A DNA stretch of 64,000 bases from Candidatus Limnocylindrales bacterium. Its GTDB lineage: Bacteria; Chloroflexota; Limnocylindria; Limnocylindrales; CSP1-4. The translations under genes and the position numbers were made by a program. The stretch spans positions 3,347 to 67,346 of the forward strand of contig JBBSFD010000012.1 in assembly GCA_038239115.1 (NCBI GenBank), read 5' to 3'. The notes beneath the pieces were generated by a model, which worked only from the letters and a program-made list of their open reading frames with translations, did not search any database and was not told the DNA's origin. Shown here in pieces: positions 17,560 to 27,648 of the stretch (positions within the stretch are counted from its first letter, which is position 1; the number at the start of each line of letters is the position of its first letter).

Positions 17560-18783
17560 GTGACTGCTTCTCGATCCGATCCGCTCGAGTTCATCGCCGA
17601 GGAGTTGGCCGACCTGCGCGCCAAGCACCTCTATCGTGCCCTGCGGGTGATGAGCTCGGCCCAGGGTCCGGAGGTGGTGGTCGATGGCCGGCCGTGTGTC
17701 AGCTTCAGCTCGAACGACTACCTGGGCCTGACCCATCATCCCCGGCTGCGGGCGGCAGCCCTTGGGGCGGTCCAGTCCTACGGGGCTGGCTCGGGCGCCG
17801 TCCGGACGATCGCCGGGACCATGTCCCTGCACGAGGAGCTCGAGGCGACCCTCGCGAAGTTCAAGCACACCGAGGCGGTCCTGACCTTCCCGTCGGGATT
17901 CAGCGCCAACACCGGGGTGATCCCGACGATCGCCGGCGAGGGAGACCTGATCGTCAGCGACAGCCTCAACCACGCCTCGATCATCGACGGGATGCGCCTG
18001 TCGAAGGCACCCCGGGTCATCTACCAGCACGCGGACGTGGTTGCCCTCCGGGAGCAGCTGGCGGCGGCCCGGACGGCCGGCCGGAGCGACGGCGGCGGCC
18101 CACATCGGCTCATCCTGGTCGTCACCGACGGCGTGTTCAGCATGGACGGCGACATCGCCCCGCTACCGGGTATCGTGGACGCGGCCGAGGAGTTCGGGGC
18201 GGCGGTGATGGTCGACGATGCTCACGCCTCTGGCGTCCTCGGGGATGCCGGCCGGGGCACGGTCGATCACTTCGGGTTGCACGGCCGGGTGGCCATCCAG
18301 GTGGGCACCCTGAGCAAGGCCGTCGGCGTCCTGGGGGGCTACGTGGCGGGCTCGCAGGACCTCCGCGACCTCCTCGTCCAGCGGGCCCGGCCGATCCTCT
18401 TCTCGACGTCGGCTCCGCCGGCCGTTGCCGCGGCCTGCCTCGAGGCGATCCACGTGCTCGAAGAGGAGCCGCAGCTCCACGAGCGCCTGTGGGCCAATAC
18501 CCGCCGGTTCAAGGCGGAGCTGAGCCGGCTGGGCCTCGACACCGGCGTCTCGGAGACCCCGATCACGCCGGTGATGATGGGCGACTCGGCAACCGCCGGC
18601 CAGTTCTCCGACCTGCTCTTCGAGGCCGGCGTCTTCGCCCAGCCGATCGTCTACCCGACCGTCGCCCTGGACAAGGCCCGGATCCGGACGATCGTCACCG
18701 CGGCCCACACCGACGACCATATCGATCGAGCCCTCGAGGCGTTTGGCCGGATCGGCCGGCAGCTGGGCCTGATCGGCGGGTGA
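17560..18783 (+). CDS. kbl: 2-amino-3-ketobutyrate CoA ligase (glycine C-acetyltransferase)
   Basis: PLP-dependent alpha-oxoamine synthase motifs (NDYLGL, SGFSAN, DDAHASGVLG, GTLSKA with the Lys). GTG start follows GGAGG. Immediately downstream of tdh (classic tdh-kbl pair). Confidence 0.85.
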   Translation: MTASRSDPLEFIAEELADLRAKHLYRALRVMSSAQGPEVVVDGRPCVSFSSNDYLGLTHHPRLRAAALGAVQSYGAGSGAVRTIAGTMSLHEELEATLAKFKHTEAVLTFPSGFSANTGVIPTIAGEGDLIVSDSLNHASIIDGMRLSKAPRVIYQHADVVALREQLAAARTAGRSDGGGPHRLILVVTDGVFSMDGDIAPLPGIVDAAEEFGAAVMVDDAHASGVLGDAGRGTVDHFGLHGRVAIQVGTLSKAVGVLGGYVAGSQDLRDLLVQRARPILFSTSAPPAVAAACLEAIHVLEEEPQLHERLWANTRRFKAELSRLGLDTGVSETPITPVMMGDSATAGQFSDLLFEAGVFAQPIVYPTVALDKARIRTIVTAAHTDDHIDRALEAFGRIGRQLGLIGG

Positions 18784-19697
18784 CCGACGCCACCACCGCC
18801 CCGATCACCGTTACCGATCGGCAGGCCCGCGATCTGCCGCTCGATAGCCACGTCCATACCAACCTGTCGCCCGACAGCTCCGTCGCGATCGACGTTTATG
18901 CCGCGATCGCCGTCGAGCTGGGGATCAGCGAGTTCGCCGTCACTGACCACATCGATTTCGACTCTCGTGACCCGGCTTACAACTACAGCACCTATGCCGA
19001 TCGAGAACGGACGGTGCGGGCCGCGGCCGAGCGCTGGGCGGCCCACGGGCTGGCGATCCGGTTCGGGGCCGAGCTGACCTACAACACGGCCTGGGACGCC
19101 GCCCTGCGAGACCACCTGGCCGGCCATGGCTACGACTTCACGATCGGTTCGGTCCACGATTGGCCCGATTCCCCATACATCCCGAGCCGGGTCAGGACGT
19201 TTGCCAGCGGACGATCCCTCGATGAGGTGGTCGCGCCCTATTTCGCCCAGGTCACGGCTGCTGCGCGGACCGGCCTGTTCGACACGATTGGCCACCTGGA
19301 CGTGGTCAAGCGTTACCTCTATCCGGTGATCCCGCCGGCCGTCCTCGGGGAACGATCCGATCTCTTCGAGCCCGCCCTGAGAGCGCTCATCGACAGCGGG
19401 ACCGCCCTTGAGGTGAACACCAGCGGGCTGCGTCACGCGGTCGGCGAGACATATCCGGCGCCATCGGTGGTGGCCCGGTTCAGGGAGCTCGGCGGCGAAC
19501 GCGTCAGCGTCGGCTCGGACGCCCACCAACCGGACTGGTTCGCCTATGGCCTCGACCGGGCCTACCGGATCGCGGCCGATTCCGGCTTCGACCAGGTGTC
19601 CTTCCGACGCGAGCCGCGGGATGCCGCCAGCTCGAGCGAAGGCCGGGTCGCCATCGAGATCCCGGAACGGTTCCGAGCTGCGGCGGCCAGTCGATGA
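18780..19697 (+). CDS. PHP-domain phosphoesterase (histidinol-phosphatase HisK family-like)
   Basis: N-terminal LDSHVHTNLSPDS (PHP HxH metal site) and later GHLD / SDAH motifs. GTGA overlap with the kbl stop. Real gene is the 3' part of the 17694..19697 track ORF. Confidence 0.65.
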   Translation: MTDATTAPITVTDRQARDLPLDSHVHTNLSPDSSVAIDVYAAIAVELGISEFAVTDHIDFDSRDPAYNYSTYADRERTVRAAAERWAAHGLAIRFGAELTYNTAWDAALRDHLAGHGYDFTIGSVHDWPDSPYIPSRVRTFASGRSLDEVVAPYFAQVTAAARTGLFDTIGHLDVVKRYLYPVIPPAVLGERSDLFEPALRALIDSGTALEVNTSGLRHAVGETYPAPSVVARFRELGGERVSVGSDAHQPDWFAYGLDRAYRIAADSGFDQVSFRREPRDAASSSEGRVAIEIPERFRAAAASR

Positions 19698-20554
19698 AGC
19701 TCGACGTGATCGGGGCCGGGCCGGCCTACACCGACCGACCGGGGGCCGTGGGCTCCAGCTACCTCGTGTCGCTCCAGGGCGATGGCCGCAGCGGTGGAGA
19801 CGGCAGCGGCGACCAAGGCGCGACCCACCTGCTGCTCGACCTTGGCCACGGCGCCTTCGCCAATCTGGCCGGCGCGATCGAGCCGTCGAGCCTGACCGGG
19901 ATTGCGATCAGCCACCTCCATCCCGACCATTTCATCGACCTCGTCCCGCTGCGCCACTACCTGCGCTACGAGTTCGAGCCACCCCGCCGGCTGCCGGTGC
20001 TGGCCCCCAGCGCCCTGACTCACCGCCTCGATGCCCTCCTCGGCGAGCCTGGCTTCACGGCGGCGTCGTTCGACGTCGAGGCGTTGGGCGACCGGATGGT
20101 TCGCCAGGTCGGCGGCTTCGTGCTCGAGGCCAGGCGGGTCACCCACACCGACGACTCCTATGCGTTCCGGGTCAGCCCGGCCTCGTTTGCCGATTACGAG
20201 GTGCTCCAGCTCAACATCCGGCACGGTTCTGGGGGCGTGACCGGGTACGGAGCGGCGACGGGGCTGGTCTATTCGGGCGACTGCGGGCGGGCGGCGGACC
20301 TCAAGCCGCTCATCCGGCCCGGCGACAGCCTGCTGACCGAGGTGTCGTTCGGCCTCGGGCCGGTCCAGCCCGGAGCCCAGCACCTGGACGCGGGCGACGT
20401 GGCCGAGATCGCCCGGGACGCCGGGGTCAGCCGGATCCTGCTGACCCACCTTCTGGCCGGTCGCGACCGGGCCGCCACCGTGGCCGAGGTAACCCGGCTG
20501 AGCGGTGGCATCCCGACCGCGCTGGTTGACCCGGGAGACACCTTCGACCTCTGA
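19694..20554 (+). CDS. MBL-fold metallo-hydrolase
   Basis: ISHLHPDHF (HxHxDH) metallo-beta-lactamase motif. ATGA overlap with the upstream gene. Confidence 0.7.
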   Translation: MKLDVIGAGPAYTDRPGAVGSSYLVSLQGDGRSGGDGSGDQGATHLLLDLGHGAFANLAGAIEPSSLTGIAISHLHPDHFIDLVPLRHYLRYEFEPPRRLPVLAPSALTHRLDALLGEPGFTAASFDVEALGDRMVRQVGGFVLEARRVTHTDDSYAFRVSPASFADYEVLQLNIRHGSGGVTGYGAATGLVYSGDCGRAADLKPLIRPGDSLLTEVSFGLGPVQPGAQHLDAGDVAEIARDAGVSRILLTHLLAGRDRAATVAEVTRLSGGIPTALVDPGDTFDL

Positions 20555-20609
20555 GGCTTGGACCCGTGGGCTGGACGTCTGGGCCGAGAGCTCGGCTACC
20601 ATTCCGGGC

Positions 20610-22310
20610 GTGACGATCAGCCCGGCCATTGAGCCGACCCTGCGCAGCGCAGCCATCCACGCCGTCGAGCGTGCCCTGGCCGCCGCGATCGCCGCCGGGA
20701 CGTTGCCCCAGGCCCCGACCGAGGGTCCGGCGGTTTCGGTCGACGTCGGCCGACCGGCGAATGCCGAGCACGGCGACCTGGCCACGAACCTGGCCCTCAA
20801 GCTGGCCAGGCCGCTTCGCCGCGCGCCGCTCGAGATTGCCGCGGCGATCGCGGCCGAGCTCAACCGCGAGTCGGCCACGAGCTCGTCGAGCAGCCCGATC
20901 GCGTCGGCCGAGCTCGCCCCACCCGGCTTCGTCAACCTGCACCTGGCGGACCCCGCCCTCGATCGGGTCCTGGCCGGGATCCTGGCCAACCCGACCGACT
21001 GGGGCCGGGTCGCGGCGGCGATGCCGCGCCGGATCAATGTCGAGTTCGTGTCGGCCAACCCGACCGGGCCGCTCACGATCGGCAACGCCCGGGGTGCCTT
21101 CGTTGGCGACGTCCTGTGCCGAGTGCTCGAGGCCGGCGGGCATACCGTCGAGCGCGAGTACTACTTCAACGACTCGGGCGCCCAGATCCAGAAGCTTGGT
21201 GCCACCGTGTTCGCCCTCCGGACGGGCCAGCCGGTACCCGAGGACGGCTACCACGGCGACTACACCCAGACCCTGGCCGACGCCCTGCCGGCCGGGCGCC
21301 TCGCCGACGCCCAGGCACCCGGGGCCGATCCGGCCGACCTGGTCGGACGCTGGGCGGCCGGCGAGGTCCGCAAGGGGATCGAGGCGAGCCTGGACCACCT
21401 CGGCGTCCACTTCGACGTATGGAAGAGCGAGGGCTCGCTCCACACCGAAGGCTGGGTCGAGCGGGCGATCGAGCGACTCCGAGCCGGCAATTTCGTGTAC
21501 GTCCAGGACGGCGCCACCTGGTTTCGGTCGACCAGCTTCGGCGACGACAAGGATCGAGTGATCCTGCGCTCCAACGGCGAGCCGACCTACTTCGCCTCCG
21601 ACATCGGCTACGTCACCGAGAAGTTCAGCCGCGGCTTCGAGGAGCTGATCTACATCTGGGGCGCGGACCATCACGGCACCGTGGCCCGGGTGCGCAACGC
21701 GGCCGAGGCGATGGGCTACGACAAGGAAGCCGTACGCATGCTCCTGATCGCCTGGGTGCGCTTCATCGTCGACGGCGTCGAGGTCTCGATGAGCAAGCGC
21801 GCGGGCACGTTCATCACCCTCGACCAGCTCCTGGACGAGGTCGGGGTCGATGCCGCCCGCTGGTTCTTCGCGTCACGCGGCCCGACCTCAGGGATCGACT
21901 TCGACATCGAGCTGGCCAAGAAGCAATCGAGCGAGAACCCGGTCTACTACGTCCAGTACGCCCACGCCCGGATCGCTTCGCTCCTGCGCCGGGCCGGCGA
22001 GGCCGGCCTCCAACCTGCATCGGCTGTAGGCGACGCGCTGGCCGGGCCGGCCGAGGCCGTCCTGGCCCGCCACATCGTCCGGTTTCCGGAGGTGGTCGAG
22101 GACGCTGCAGCACTCGAGGAGGCCCAGGGGATCACGGCCTATGCGACCGAGCTGGCCACGGCCTTCCACGCCTTCTACCGGGACGCCAAGGTCGTCGACC
22201 CGGCCGAGCCGGACCGATCTGCCGCGCGCCTCGCCCTCGTCGCGGCCGCCCAGCGGACCCTGGCCAACGCCCTGGCCCTGCTCGGAATCTCCGCGCCGGA
22301 GTCCATGTAG
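20610..22310 (+). CDS. argS: arginine--tRNA ligase
   Basis: Class I aaRS with N-terminal Arg-anticodon-binding add-on, GADHHGT (HIGH-like) and C-terminal DALR domain (YYVQYAHARIASLLRRA). Start at GTG about 20610 is inferred; the track ORF begins at 20505. Confidence 0.85.
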   Translation: MTISPAIEPTLRSAAIHAVERALAAAIAAGTLPQAPTEGPAVSVDVGRPANAEHGDLATNLALKLARPLRRAPLEIAAAIAAELNRESATSSSSSPIASAELAPPGFVNLHLADPALDRVLAGILANPTDWGRVAAAMPRRINVEFVSANPTGPLTIGNARGAFVGDVLCRVLEAGGHTVEREYYFNDSGAQIQKLGATVFALRTGQPVPEDGYHGDYTQTLADALPAGRLADAQAPGADPADLVGRWAAGEVRKGIEASLDHLGVHFDVWKSEGSLHTEGWVERAIERLRAGNFVYVQDGATWFRSTSFGDDKDRVILRSNGEPTYFASDIGYVTEKFSRGFEELIYIWGADHHGTVARVRNAAEAMGYDKEAVRMLLIAWVRFIVDGVEVSMSKRAGTFITLDQLLDEVGVDAARWFFASRGPTSGIDFDIELAKKQSSENPVYYVQYAHARIASLLRRAGEAGLQPASAVGDALAGPAEAVLARHIVRFPEVVEDAAALEEAQGITAYATELATAFHAFYRDAKVVDPAEPDRSAARLALVAAAQRTLANALALLGISAPESM

Positions 22311-22857
22311 CCTCGGCCCGGCCCCCAGCCGCGGGACTCCGCCGCCTCAGCCCGCCCACTCTTGTCGTTTAGCAATCGGCGTGCTGTTAGGCGGGGACGC
22401 GCCCCGGTTCTGACCCGAATCGAGCGACCGGGCGAGCTACCCAAGCACGATGGAAGGGTGGCGAGACGTGCCGGAGGGCCAGAATGCCGCTCAGTCTCCG
22501 CCCAAGACCACGTCCATTGCTAAACGACAGGTTTGGGCCGCGGCTCGGGGCGCTGGCCCGAGGCGTCGGCTCGGTGATCTGACACACGGCACCCGACCCA
22601 ACGTTTCGCCGGATGGGACAAATTGGGCATCTCGCCGATCGAGCCGCCCTTTGCGGTCGTCTGTTCGGCCCGATTCATCCCGAGCCACGCTCGTCGCGGT
22701 ACGAATTACAGCTCCGGCCATCGCCACGCCAGCTCGACCGAGCCGAAACCGCGGTTTTGTCTCACCACGATCAACAACGTCCTATCGCGGGAACGTCACG
22801 CGGGTCTCCGGCTGAGGAATGCCACGCCGGAGCTCCGGCACGGACGATGAGGAACCT

Positions 22858-24183
22858 TTAGCCGGCCAGCCCCAGCGCCGCGGCCAGGGCGTTGATCGTG
22901 ACCTGATCGGAGGCCACGAACAGGACCACCTGGTTGGTGCTGCCCGGGTCGATCATCGCCGTGGCCCCGGCTGTGGAGGTGGGCAGCAGCTTGAGCGTCG
23001 GACCGGCGGCAGCGGCGAACTCGGCGGCGTCCGCGGGAGTGTCCCAGTTGGTGATGAGCGCGATCCCGAACGTCGACCCGTGCTCGACCAGAGCCAGGCG
23101 ATCACCGCCCCAGCCGGCCGCCGCCGCTTCCGCCTGGCCCACCGGCAGCTTGCCAACCTGCTCGAGCCAGATCCGGACCTGCAGCTCGCCGAAGGTGTCG
23201 GTGAGGGGCATCGTCCAGCCCTTACCCAGCTTGGCGGCCAGCGTCGTCGGGATGGTCACCTGGATCGGCGGCTCGTGGCTGGCCCACTTGTCCGGGTGGA
23301 GGATCTGCTCGGTCGAATCGGGCGGCTTTGCGTAGGCGGCATTGACGGCGGCCCAACCGCCGCTGGTCTGCAACCCGTTGACCCAGCTGAGGCCCTGCTG
23401 GTACGGGAAGAGGAGTGTCTCCTTGAGGTCATCGGGCATGGCCGCGAGGATCGCCGTCTGGCTTGGGTCGTTCGCCTCCGAGGCGAGCTCAAGGAGCTGG
23501 CCGGTGGTCATGTGCGCCTCGGCCCACTGGGTCATCAGGAGGGTGGCGTCGCCCTCGGGCAGCGACAGGCGGGCGAGCCCCCGATCCGAGTTGCTGGTGT
23601 CGTCCAGGCCAAGCTTGGCCAGGCCGAAGTTCTGGTCCTGGAGGGCGTGATCGAACTCATGGGCGTACGTGATCTGCTCGATCGGGCCGAGCTGGCCGCT
23701 CTTCGATACGACGTCCATCGTCTTGGTGTCCGGGTCGTACAGTCCGGCGACCTGGCTCGACAGGAGCTTGACATCGAGGTCCTTGAGCGAGGCATCCGCT
23801 GGTAGCAGCCCGAGCGCCTTGAGCAGCTGCTCGTTGGCGGCGATGAGGGCCCGCGGGTTGCTCTTGTCGAACGAGGCCGCGATCTGGGCGGCGAGCTGGC
23901 CCTCGTCCAGGATCCGGCGAGCGACGTCGGAAGTCTTGGACAGCTGCCGGATCTGCTGGACCTGGCCTTCGATCGAATTGAAGATCGCGTCGTTGCTGAG
24001 CGAGGCGATCGGGCTGGGGGCCCGCGCCGAGGGCGAGGCCGGCAGCGTGGTCGGGCTCAAGCTCGGCTGGGCCGAGCTGGCCGAGGGCGGTCCGCTGGAG
24101 CCGCACGCGCCGGCAAGGATTGCGACGATGCCAAGCGCGATGCCCATCTCCGCCAGGCGCCGCGATCCGGTCAGGTTGGCCAT
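22858..24183 (-). CDS. secreted lipoprotein with HExxH motif (putative zinc metallopeptidase)
   Basis: Signal peptide plus lipobox (IVAILAGACGSS) from the internal MANLTG start. YAHEFDHALQDQNF contains HEFDH (HExxH). No further family assignment possible by eye. Confidence 0.5.
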   Translation of the reverse strand: MANLTGSRRLAEMGIALGIVAILAGACGSSGPPSASSAQPSLSPTTLPASPSARAPSPIASLSNDAIFNSIEGQVQQIRQLSKTSDVARRILDEGQLAAQIAASFDKSNPRALIAANEQLLKALGLLPADASLKDLDVKLLSSQVAGLYDPDTKTMDVVSKSGQLGPIEQITYAHEFDHALQDQNFGLAKLGLDDTSNSDRGLARLSLPEGDATLLMTQWAEAHMTTGQLLELASEANDPSQTAILAAMPDDLKETLLFPYQQGLSWVNGLQTSGGWAAVNAAYAKPPDSTEQILHPDKWASHEPPIQVTIPTTLAAKLGKGWTMPLTDTFGELQVRIWLEQVGKLPVGQAEAAAAGWGGDRLALVEHGSTFGIALITNWDTPADAAEFAAAAGPTLKLLPTSTAGATAMIDPGSTNQVVLFVASDQVTINALAAALGLAG

Positions 24184-24505
24184 CGATCGATTGTGGCAGT
24201 TCCACTCGACCGGGCCGTCCCCCGGTCGTCCCATGACCCGGACCGTGCCTCGAGCCTGACGGCCCCCTGACCGAGCCCAGGGCAGCGTGTCCCTTTCTTA
24301 ATCAAACGGCGCGTTGTGCCTGAATCAGCACGACCTAACGTTGTCCCCGGAACCGTACGACGAGTTCCACCTCCCTCCCTCCGACCGGGAGTGCCGATTG
24401 GGCAGGCGCTCCCGGTCCTTCCTTGTCCGGACCGCCGTTCTGGCCGAAGCGCGAGCCAACCGCCAGCTACGGCGCGGGTGATCGCCATCTGTCAGAATCC
24501 GGCCA

Positions 24506-25180
24506 ATGGAACTCACCTGGTACGGTCGGACGTGCGTCCGCCTCAAGGGTCGCGACGCCGTCGTGGTGGCCGACCCATTCCCATCCATCGTCGGACCCAC
24601 CGGTCGGGGGATCACGGCCGAGATCGTGACCTACAGCCATCCCGACGACGCACCCCCGTCGCGGGCCAAGGGCAAGACCGCGCGTGACGGCAAGACGATC
24701 ATCCCGAGCAGCCTGGAAGAGGCGTTCGTCCTGGACGGGCCGGGCGAGTACGAGATCCGGCACGTCCTGCTCACGGGCGTGCGCACCTATCGGGACGACA
24801 AGCGGGGTGAGGATCGGGGTCGCCAGACCGCCTTCGTGGTCGAGCTCGACCAGATGCAGACCATCCACCTGGGCGACATCGGCCACCTGCTGACCGAGGA
24901 GAAGCTCGGCGATATCGGCTCGGTCGACATCGCCTGCGTCCCGATCGGCGGCAACCTGAGCGCCACCCGGGCCGCCGAGCTGATCGCCCAGCTCGACCCC
25001 AGGATCGTGGTCCCGATGCCCGTCTGCGAGAACGAGGCCGACTGCGACGAGGCGATGGCCAAGTTCTTCCACGAGATGGGCGGCGCCCCCGGGCCCGCCC
25101 AGCCCAAGCTCCAGATCGCGATGTCCGCCCTACCCGACGAAACGACCGTCGTCCTCCTGGAGTCTCGCGGCAAGCAGTAG
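24506..25180 (+). CDS. MBL-fold metal-dependent hydrolase (UPF0173-like)
   Basis: WYGRTCVRLKG...TYSHPDD...HLGDIGH pattern of the small Zn-dependent hydrolase family. Confidence 0.65.
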   Translation: MELTWYGRTCVRLKGRDAVVVADPFPSIVGPTGRGITAEIVTYSHPDDAPPSRAKGKTARDGKTIIPSSLEEAFVLDGPGEYEIRHVLLTGVRTYRDDKRGEDRGRQTAFVVELDQMQTIHLGDIGHLLTEEKLGDIGSVDIACVPIGGNLSATRAAELIAQLDPRIVVPMPVCENEADCDEAMAKFFHEMGGAPGPAQPKLQIAMSALPDETTVVLLESRGKQ

Positions 25181-25225
25181 ACCCGCGGCAGGCAGGAGGC
25201 CTGCGGCAGGCAGGAGCGCCGAGCC

Positions 25226-26584
25226 ATGCTCTTCGCCATCGATCCGGTGCCGGCGATCAATCTTCTCGCTGCCCGGGACCAGATGGCCTTCACCCTGGGC
25301 TTCCACATCATCCTGGCCTGCCTCGGGGTGGCCCTGCCCACCTTCCTCCTGATCGCCAACTGGCGGGCAATTCGCAGCGACGATGCGGACGCGCTGCGCC
25401 TCGCCCGGCGCTGGACCCGGATCATCGCCGTGACCTTTGCCGTGGGCGCCGTGTCGGGCACGATCCTGTCATTCGAGATGGGCCTGCTCTGGCCGGGCCT
25501 GATGGGCCGCTTCGGGGCGGCCTATGGCATCCCGTTCGCGATCGAAGGGATCTTTTTCTTCCTCGAGGCGATCTTCATCGCGATCTACATCTACGGCTGG
25601 GACCGCCTCTCGCCGTGGGCCCACCTCCTGAGCGGCGTGCCGATCGTGATTGCCGGCTTCGGGGGCACGTTCTCGGTCGTGTCGGCCAACGCCTGGCTCA
25701 ACCAGCCCGCCGGATTCACGCTCGATGCTGCGGGCAATGTGACGGCGGTGAACGTGGTCGGGGTCATCTTCAACAACGCCACCTGGTACGAGGCGGCGCA
25801 CATGTTCCTGGCGGCCTACATGGTCAGCGGCTTCCTGCTCGCCTCGGTCTATGCCCTCGGCCGGCTGCGCGGGCGGCTCGATCGCTACACCCGCCTCGGC
25901 TTCGTGATCCCATTCGCCGTGGCGGCCATCGCCACGCCGCTCCAGATCGGGGTCGGCGATATCGCCGCCCGGGCCGTATTCACCGACCAGCCGATCAAGT
26001 TCGCCGCCATGGAGCTCGTCCAGAAGACCGGCCCGGACACACCGGTCGTCATCGGCGGCGTGCTGGTCGACGGCAAGGTCGTAGGCGGCCTGGTCATCCC
26101 GTCGCTCGACTCACTGCTGGCCGGCTTCAACACGAATACCGTCGTCCAGGGCCTGGACGCCGTGCCGATCGACCAGCAGCCACCCGTCAACGTGGTCCAC
26201 CTGGCCTGGGACACGATGCTCACGATGGGCTTTTCCCTGCTGGCCCTGGCCGCCTGGTTCGGCCTGGCCTGGCTGCGCCGTCGGGACCTGCCCACGAGTC
26301 GCTGGTTCTATCGCTTTGCCACGGTGGCGGGCGTGGCGGCCGTGGTCGCCCTCGAGGCTGGCTGGGTGGTGACCGAGGTCGGGCGCCAGCCCTGGGTGGT
26401 GTACGGCCTGCTGCGGACATCCGACGCGGTCAGCCGGGCGCCGGGCATCGTGATCTCCTTCGTGGTGCTCCTCGGGATCTACATCGTCCTAGGCGCGGCG
26501 ACGTTCATCGTGCTGCGCTCGATGAGCCGCCAGGGAGCCGCTGAGGCGCGGGCCGCCGACACGCCCTACGGGCCGAGCCAATGA
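25226..26584 (+). CDS. cydA: cytochrome bd ubiquinol oxidase subunit I
   Basis: Nine-TM protein with Q-loop and the GRQPW signature (VTEVGRQPWVVYG). Confidence 0.9.
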   Translation: MLFAIDPVPAINLLAARDQMAFTLGFHIILACLGVALPTFLLIANWRAIRSDDADALRLARRWTRIIAVTFAVGAVSGTILSFEMGLLWPGLMGRFGAAYGIPFAIEGIFFFLEAIFIAIYIYGWDRLSPWAHLLSGVPIVIAGFGGTFSVVSANAWLNQPAGFTLDAAGNVTAVNVVGVIFNNATWYEAAHMFLAAYMVSGFLLASVYALGRLRGRLDRYTRLGFVIPFAVAAIATPLQIGVGDIAARAVFTDQPIKFAAMELVQKTGPDTPVVIGGVLVDGKVVGGLVIPSLDSLLAGFNTNTVVQGLDAVPIDQQPPVNVVHLAWDTMLTMGFSLLALAAWFGLAWLRRRDLPTSRWFYRFATVAGVAAVVALEAGWVVTEVGRQPWVVYGLLRTSDAVSRAPGIVISFVVLLGIYIVLGAATFIVLRSMSRQGAAEARAADTPYGPSQ

Positions 26585-26597
26585 ACGGCAACCGGCC

Positions 26598-27605
26598 GTG
26601 ACCAGCGCCGATGTCGTCGCCCTCGTCCTGTGGCTGGGCGTGTCGACCTATGCCGTCTTCGGCGGGGCCGACTTCGGGGCCGGGCTATGGGACCTGCTCG
26701 CCGGTCCTACCGACCAGGGCGAGCAGCCCCGTGGCTTGATCGACGCCTCGATCGGGCCGGTCTGGGAGGCCAACCACACCTGGCTGATCTTCGACGTGGT
26801 GATCCTGTGGAGCGCCTTTCCGCTGGCCTTCTCGTCGCTCATGTCGACCCTGTACATCCCGCTCACTCTGGCGGCCTTCGGGATCATCCTGCGCGGGGCC
26901 GGCTTCGCGTTCCGCAAGTACACCAGCAAGCTGGCCGGCCGCCGGGCGTTCGGCGCCACCTTCGCCCTGTCGTCGGTCATCACCCCGTTCTTCCTGGGCT
27001 CCGCCCTCGGCGGGATCGCGTCGGGCCGGGTGCCGGCGGGCAATGCCGCCGGGGACCCGTGGACGAGCTGGCTCAACCCGACCTCCGTCCTGGTCGGTAG
27101 CCTGGCCGTGGCTGCCGGCGCCTACCTGGCCGCCGTCTTCCTGGTGGCGGCCGCTCGCCGGCGTGACGAGCCGAGCCTCGAGGCTTACTTCCGGCGACGC
27201 GCCCTGGCCATGGGCATCGTCGCCGGCGGGTTGGCGGTCGGCGGACTGGGCGTGATCGGGGCCGATGCGCCCGACCTGGCGGCCGGCCTGGCCGGGCGAG
27301 CCCTGCCACTGGTTGGCCTGTCGGTGGTCCTGGGCAGTGCCAGCCTGGTCCTCCTGGCTCGCGGCGCGACCCGCGGAATCCGGGCCGTGGCGGCCGGGGC
27401 GGTCACGGCCATCGTGTGGGGCTGGGGCCTGGCCCAGTACCCCTCGATCCTGCCCGGCTCCCTGAGCATCACCGCGGCGGCGGCTCCGGCTGGAACACTC
27501 GATGCCCTGCTCGTCATCTCGATTGCGGCGGCCCTCACGATCGGCCCGTCCCTGGCCCTGCTGTTCGTCCTCGACGGTCGCAGCCGGCTCGAGGCCGGCC
27601 ACTAG
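26598..27605 (+). CDS. cydB: cytochrome bd ubiquinol oxidase subunit II
   Basis: Polytopic membrane protein immediately downstream of cydA. N-terminal WLGVSTYAVFGGADFGAGLWDL is typical of CydB. Confidence 0.85.
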   Translation: MTSADVVALVLWLGVSTYAVFGGADFGAGLWDLLAGPTDQGEQPRGLIDASIGPVWEANHTWLIFDVVILWSAFPLAFSSLMSTLYIPLTLAAFGIILRGAGFAFRKYTSKLAGRRAFGATFALSSVITPFFLGSALGGIASGRVPAGNAAGDPWTSWLNPTSVLVGSLAVAAGAYLAAVFLVAAARRRDEPSLEAYFRRRALAMGIVAGGLAVGGLGVIGADAPDLAAGLAGRALPLVGLSVVLGSASLVLLARGATRGIRAVAAGAVTAIVWGWGLAQYPSILPGSLSITAAAAPAGTLDALLVISIAAALTIGPSLALLFVLDGRSRLEAGH

Positions 27606-27648
27606 CCCGAAGCCGGGCGACCTGGGCGTCCTGAGCCACCCGGTCGGC

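Noticed and set aside
17694-18779. N-terminal 360 codons of the 667-aa ORF
   Set aside because: Overlaps kbl in a different frame and is Arg/Pro/Gly-rich. Only the segment from the GTG at 18780 (PHP phosphoesterase) is considered coding.
22450-22815. 121-aa and neighbouring short ORFs in the argS/peptidase convergent gap
   Set aside because: Arg/Ser/Pro-rich, no start context. The region is treated as non-coding and possibly RNA-encoding instead.
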